DNA from: a virus
Taxonomy: Duplodnaviria; Caudoviricetes
IMG/VR virus record: IMGVR_UViG_3300006127_000030
Coordinates: 1 to 41,854 of that record
Strand: one strand, 5' to 3'
Length of the DNA stretch: 41,854 nucleotides
The notes beneath the pieces are model-generated. The model searched no databases and was not told the DNA's origin. It was given only the letters and a program-made list of their open reading frames with translations. Made by a program: the position numbers and the translations under genes. Below are positions 38,451 to 41,854 of this stretch, piece by piece (the first letter of the stretch is position 1; the number at the start of each line of letters is the position of its first letter).

Positions 38451-39464
38451 ATGAACCTATTTAAAAAGGTAGCGTGTTTTACAGATATACACTTTGGTTT
38501 AAAATCAAATAGTGGCACACATTTAAAAGATTGTGAAGAATTCGTAGATTGGTTTATTTCAACCGCCAAGGAGCAAGGGTGTGAAACTTGCATATTCCTT
38601 GGTGATTGGAGTCACAATCGAAATAGCCTTAACTTGTTTACCTTAGATAGTAGTTTACGCTGTCTAGAAAAGTTAGGGGCGGCATTTGAAAATTTTTACT
38701 GGTTTCCCGGCAACCACGATTTGTTTTACAAAGACAAGCGTGACATTCATTCATCGGCGTTCGGTCGCCATATACCTGGGGTCACTGTTGTAGATAGTAT
38801 TATGACCCAGGGTGATGTTACCCTAGTCCCATGGCTTGTCGGGGAAGAGTGGAAAACTATTAGCCAAGTCAACAGCCGATACATGTTTGGACATTTTGAA
38901 TTACCGTTGTTCTATATGAACGCTATGGTACAAATGCCCGACCATGGTGAACTACAGGCTAGTCACTTTAAAAATCAAGAATATGTGTTTAGTGGACACT
39001 TCCACAAACGTCAGAATCGAGATAAGATCCATTACATTGGCAATGCATTTCCTCATAACTTTGCTGATACAGGGGATGACGAACGTGGTATGATGATTTT
39101 AGAATGGGGTGGAGAACCTCAATATATTAATTGGGAGAATTGTCCCAAGTATAGAACAACTAGTTTGAGCACTCTAATTGACGAGGCTGATACTATTCTA
39201 AAATCAAAGATGCACATCAAGGTAAACTTAGACATTAATATTACTTTTGAAGAAGCAAACTTTATTAAAGAAAAGTTTTTAACTGATTATGATATCAGAG
39301 AAATTAGTCTTGTTCAAGATAAAACCAATTTAGACGGTACCGTAGATACAAATCCAGATAGCCTATTTGAAAGCGTAGATCAAATTGTCACTGAAGGATT
39401 AGTTAATTTAGAAAACGGCGCTTTTGATAAAAACACACTCTTACAGATTTATAACGAACTATAA
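38451..39464 (+). CDS. Recombination endonuclease subunit, T4 gp47 / Mre11 / SbcD-like
   Basis: Metallophosphoesterase motifs TDIHFG, LGD, GNHD, GHFE and SGHFH. Confidence 0.93.
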   Translation: MNLFKKVACFTDIHFGLKSNSGTHLKDCEEFVDWFISTAKEQGCETCIFLGDWSHNRNSLNLFTLDSSLRCLEKLGAAFENFYWFPGNHDLFYKDKRDIHSSAFGRHIPGVTVVDSIMTQGDVTLVPWLVGEEWKTISQVNSRYMFGHFELPLFYMNAMVQMPDHGELQASHFKNQEYVFSGHFHKRQNRDKIHYIGNAFPHNFADTGDDERGMMILEWGGEPQYINWENCPKYRTTSLSTLIDEADTILKSKMHIKVNLDINITFEEANFIKEKFLTDYDIREISLVQDKTNLDGTVDTNPDSLFESVDQIVTEGLVNLENGAFDKNTLLQIYNEL

Positions 39465-41248
39465 TGTCATTTCACATCAAGAATTTAACAGTAAAAAACT
39501 TTATGAGTGTGGGCAACCAGACTCAAGCTGTAGACTTTGAACAATCATCACTGACACTTGTACTAGGTGAAAACTTAGACTTGGGTGGAGATGATACAGG
39601 CTCTCGAAATGGTACAGGTAAAACTACAATTATCAATGCGTTAAGTTATGCATTGTATGGCCAAGCTCTTACAAACATTAAGAAAGAAAACTTAATTAAT
39701 AAAACCAACGGAAAAAATATGTTGGTTACTGTAGAGTTTGAAAAAGATGGAAACAATTATCGCATTGAACGTGGACGCAAGCCCAATGTTTTAAGATTGT
39801 TTGTCAATAATGATCAGCTAAAAACTGACGAAACAGATGACGATGCACAAGGTGATAGTAGAGATACACAAAAATCTATTGAGCAGATGTTGGAAATGTC
39901 ACACACAATGTTTAAGCACATTGTGGCATTGAACACATACACTGAGCCATTTTTAAGTATGCGGGCCGCTGATCAACGAGAAATTATTGAACAGTTGTTA
40001 GGTATTACATTGTTAAGCAGTAAAGCAGAAGCATTAAAATCTAATTTAAAAGATACTAAAGATGCGATTGTAATTGAAACTGCCAAGATTGAAGCAACTA
40101 AAGTTGCCAACGATAACATACAAAAAAGTATTGATAGTTTAATTAACCGTAGAAACGCTTGGGAAACTAAGAAAGAACAAGACATAAACGGATTAATTAA
40201 AAGCATAGAGACTTTATCTACTGTTGATATTGCCAATGAATTAGATTTACATGCCCAACTTAAGGTATGGGAAGAAAATAATTCTAAGATTGTGGGCTTA
40301 CAAAAACAAAAGGCTACATTAGAAGCCGCATTGATGCAGGCTGAAAAAGCCAGTGACAAGTATCAGAAAGAATTAGAAAAGTTAAAAGATAAGACATGTC
40401 CTGCGTGTGAACAAGATCTTCATGATCATAAACATGAAGAAATGAACGCTGTAGCACAAAAGCATTTTAATGAATCTGTAGAATATGGTATCAAAATTGG
40501 TAATGATTTAATTCCTATCTTGGATGAATTAGAAGCTATAGGTAAACAACCCAAACGTCCTATTACTTTTTATGACACTGAATCAGAAGCATTGGGTCAC
40601 AAAAATAATTTAGATGCATTAGAACGTAAATTAACTGAACGTGCTGATGAAAATAATCCCTATGATGAGCAAATTGACGAATTAAAAAATTCCGCATTGC
40701 AAGAAATTTCATGGGATACTGTAAACGAATTAACAAAATTCAAGGATCATCAAGAGTATCTATTAAAATTGCTAACCAACAAAGATAGTTTTATTCGTAA
40801 AAAGATCATTGATCAAAACTTGAGTTATTTAAATAAGCGTCTAGGTTACTATATTGACAAGTTGGGTTTACCACATCGTGTTATATTCCAAAATGACTTG
40901 GGTGTAGAAATTACTCAATTGGGTCAAGATTTAGACTTTGATAACTTGTCACGTGGTGAACGCAATAGGTTAATTTTGAGTTTAAGTTTTGCTTTCCGAG
41001 ATGTTTGGGAAGGCTTATACCAAAGTATGAATTTATTGTTTATTGATGAACTTGTAGATTCTGGTATGGATAGTGCAGGCGTCGAAAGTTCACTTGCAGT
41101 ACTTAAAAAGATGACTCGTGAACGAAACAAAAACATTTATTTGATTAGTCATAAAGATGAACTGATGGGTCGAGTGAATAACATACTCAGAGTGGTAAAA
41201 GAAAATGGATACACTTCATACAGCAACAGTACAGACTTTGTTGAATGA
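39464..41248 (+). CDS. Recombination ATPase subunit, T4 gp46 / Rad50 / SbcC-like
   Basis: KNFMS, Walker A RNGTGKTT, coiled coil with CPAC zinc hook, signature LSRGE, Walker B LFIDE and ISH. Confidence 0.94.
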   Translation: MSFHIKNLTVKNFMSVGNQTQAVDFEQSSLTLVLGENLDLGGDDTGSRNGTGKTTIINALSYALYGQALTNIKKENLINKTNGKNMLVTVEFEKDGNNYRIERGRKPNVLRLFVNNDQLKTDETDDDAQGDSRDTQKSIEQMLEMSHTMFKHIVALNTYTEPFLSMRAADQREIIEQLLGITLLSSKAEALKSNLKDTKDAIVIETAKIEATKVANDNIQKSIDSLINRRNAWETKKEQDINGLIKSIETLSTVDIANELDLHAQLKVWEENNSKIVGLQKQKATLEAALMQAEKASDKYQKELEKLKDKTCPACEQDLHDHKHEEMNAVAQKHFNESVEYGIKIGNDLIPILDELEAIGKQPKRPITFYDTESEALGHKNNLDALERKLTERADENNPYDEQIDELKNSALQEISWDTVNELTKFKDHQEYLLKLLTNKDSFIRKKIIDQNLSYLNKRLGYYIDKLGLPHRVIFQNDLGVEITQLGQDLDFDNLSRGERNRLILSLSFAFRDVWEGLYQSMNLLFIDELVDSGMDSAGVESSLAVLKKMTRERNKNIYLISHKDELMGRVNNILRVVKENGYTSYSNSTDFVE

Positions 41249-41549
41249 GCCACTTGAAGAGTATAACAAGTTATACTCAGATTATTTGGCCTTGATCTTA
41301 AAGATACATAACTACAACACGAAGTTTCTTAGTTTCGATGCTCTAAGAGTTAGAGACGGGTATAAGTTGAGAAAACTTTTCAAAGAAATGAGAAAACTTC
41401 AGACTGAGTTATGGCGTACTTGCAAAGATGCAGATTACAAACACTGGGAATTAAATCCCCCAGTGCGCGGACGACCATTACAGGAAACTACTAAATGGCC
41501 AAGGCGTAAGAAAAAGAATGTGGCTCCACCAGGATCAGATCGTAAATGA
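41241..41549 (+). CDS. Hypothetical basic helical protein (start uncertain)
   Basis: Fills the gap between gp46 and the nuclease. TTG at 41241 gives an 8-nt overlap with gp46; ATG at 41205 is the alternative. Confidence 0.5.
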   Translation: MNEPLEEYNKLYSDYLALILKIHNYNTKFLSFDALRVRDGYKLRKLFKEMRKLQTELWRTCKDADYKHWELNPPVRGRPLQETTKWPRRKKKNVAPPGSDRK

Positions 41550-41854
41550 ACTACCAGAAGACTGTGTAGGGTTTGTGTACCTGATAACCAATCTAACAAA
41601 TAATAGAAAATACGTAGGCAAGAAATTAGCAAAATTTAGTAAAACAACTTATAAAACAGTAAAATTAAAAAACGGCACAAAGAAAAAGAAGAAGATCAGA
41701 AGCAAAATAGATAGCGACTGGCAAGAATATTATGGATCAAGCAACGAACTCAGTGCAGATGTTGCGAACTTAGGCAAAGAAAATTTCAAAAGAGAGATAT
41801 TATACTACTGTCGTAGTAAAGCAGAATGTAGTTACATTGAGGCCCGCGAACAAT
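41518..41854 (+). CDS. GIY-YIG family endonuclease, 3'-truncated (absent from the ORF track)
   Basis: Manual translation: MWLHQDQIVNELPEDCVGFVYLITNLTNNRKYVGKK...DWQEYYGSS...FKREILYYC...E; open to the window end. Confidence 0.85.
   Translation, partial: MWLHQDQIVNELPEDCVGFVYLITNLTNNRKYVGKKLAKFSKTTYKTVKLKNGTKKKKKIRSKIDSDWQEYYGSSNELSADVANLGKENFKREILYYCRSKAECSYIEAREQ

Noticed and set aside
1-41854. CRISPR array, tRNA genes, diversity-generating retroelement or active stop-codon recoding
   Set aside because: Intergenic gaps are at most about 126 nt and are occupied by promoters or terminators. I saw no spaced repeats, cloverleafs or reverse transcriptase, and genes are intact under the standard code.

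Overview
This is an AT-rich, densely coding fragment of a large T4-related (jumbo-type) myophage. Gene order and protein sizes suggest a RaK2/GAP32-like lineage (inference). Plus-strand early/middle block (1-10972): a 5'-truncated GT-B glycosyltransferase, a cupin, a MazG-like pyrophosphatase, a QueE-type radical SAM enzyme with an unusual Cx3Cx36C motif, RNase H-type 5' nuclease, a MoxR AAA+/vWA pair, ThyA and several hypotheticals. An inverted radical SAM gene with a polyproline insert interrupts this block. Minus-strand late tail/baseplate operon (10969-37352): two fibre-like proteins, a collagen-like mini-fibre, a 4023-aa giant protein, and gp6-, gp25-, gp5-, hub-, gp53- and tube-initiator-like proteins. 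Plus-strand block (37479-end): gp55-like late sigma, gp47, gp46, a hypothetical and a 3'-truncated GIY-YIG nuclease. Near-consensus sigma70 promoters and ATAAATA late-type promoters are visible. Strongest leads: (1) a queuosine-mannosyltransferase-like GT clustered with QueE, suggesting a glycosylated 7-deazaguanine pathway; (2) a [NST]-T-[AS]-T motif recurring across unrelated virion proteins, a candidate glycosylation sequon; (3) several dual-coded RNA regulatory structures. No tRNA, rRNA or CRISPR array was recognised. All family calls come from motif recognition, not database searches.
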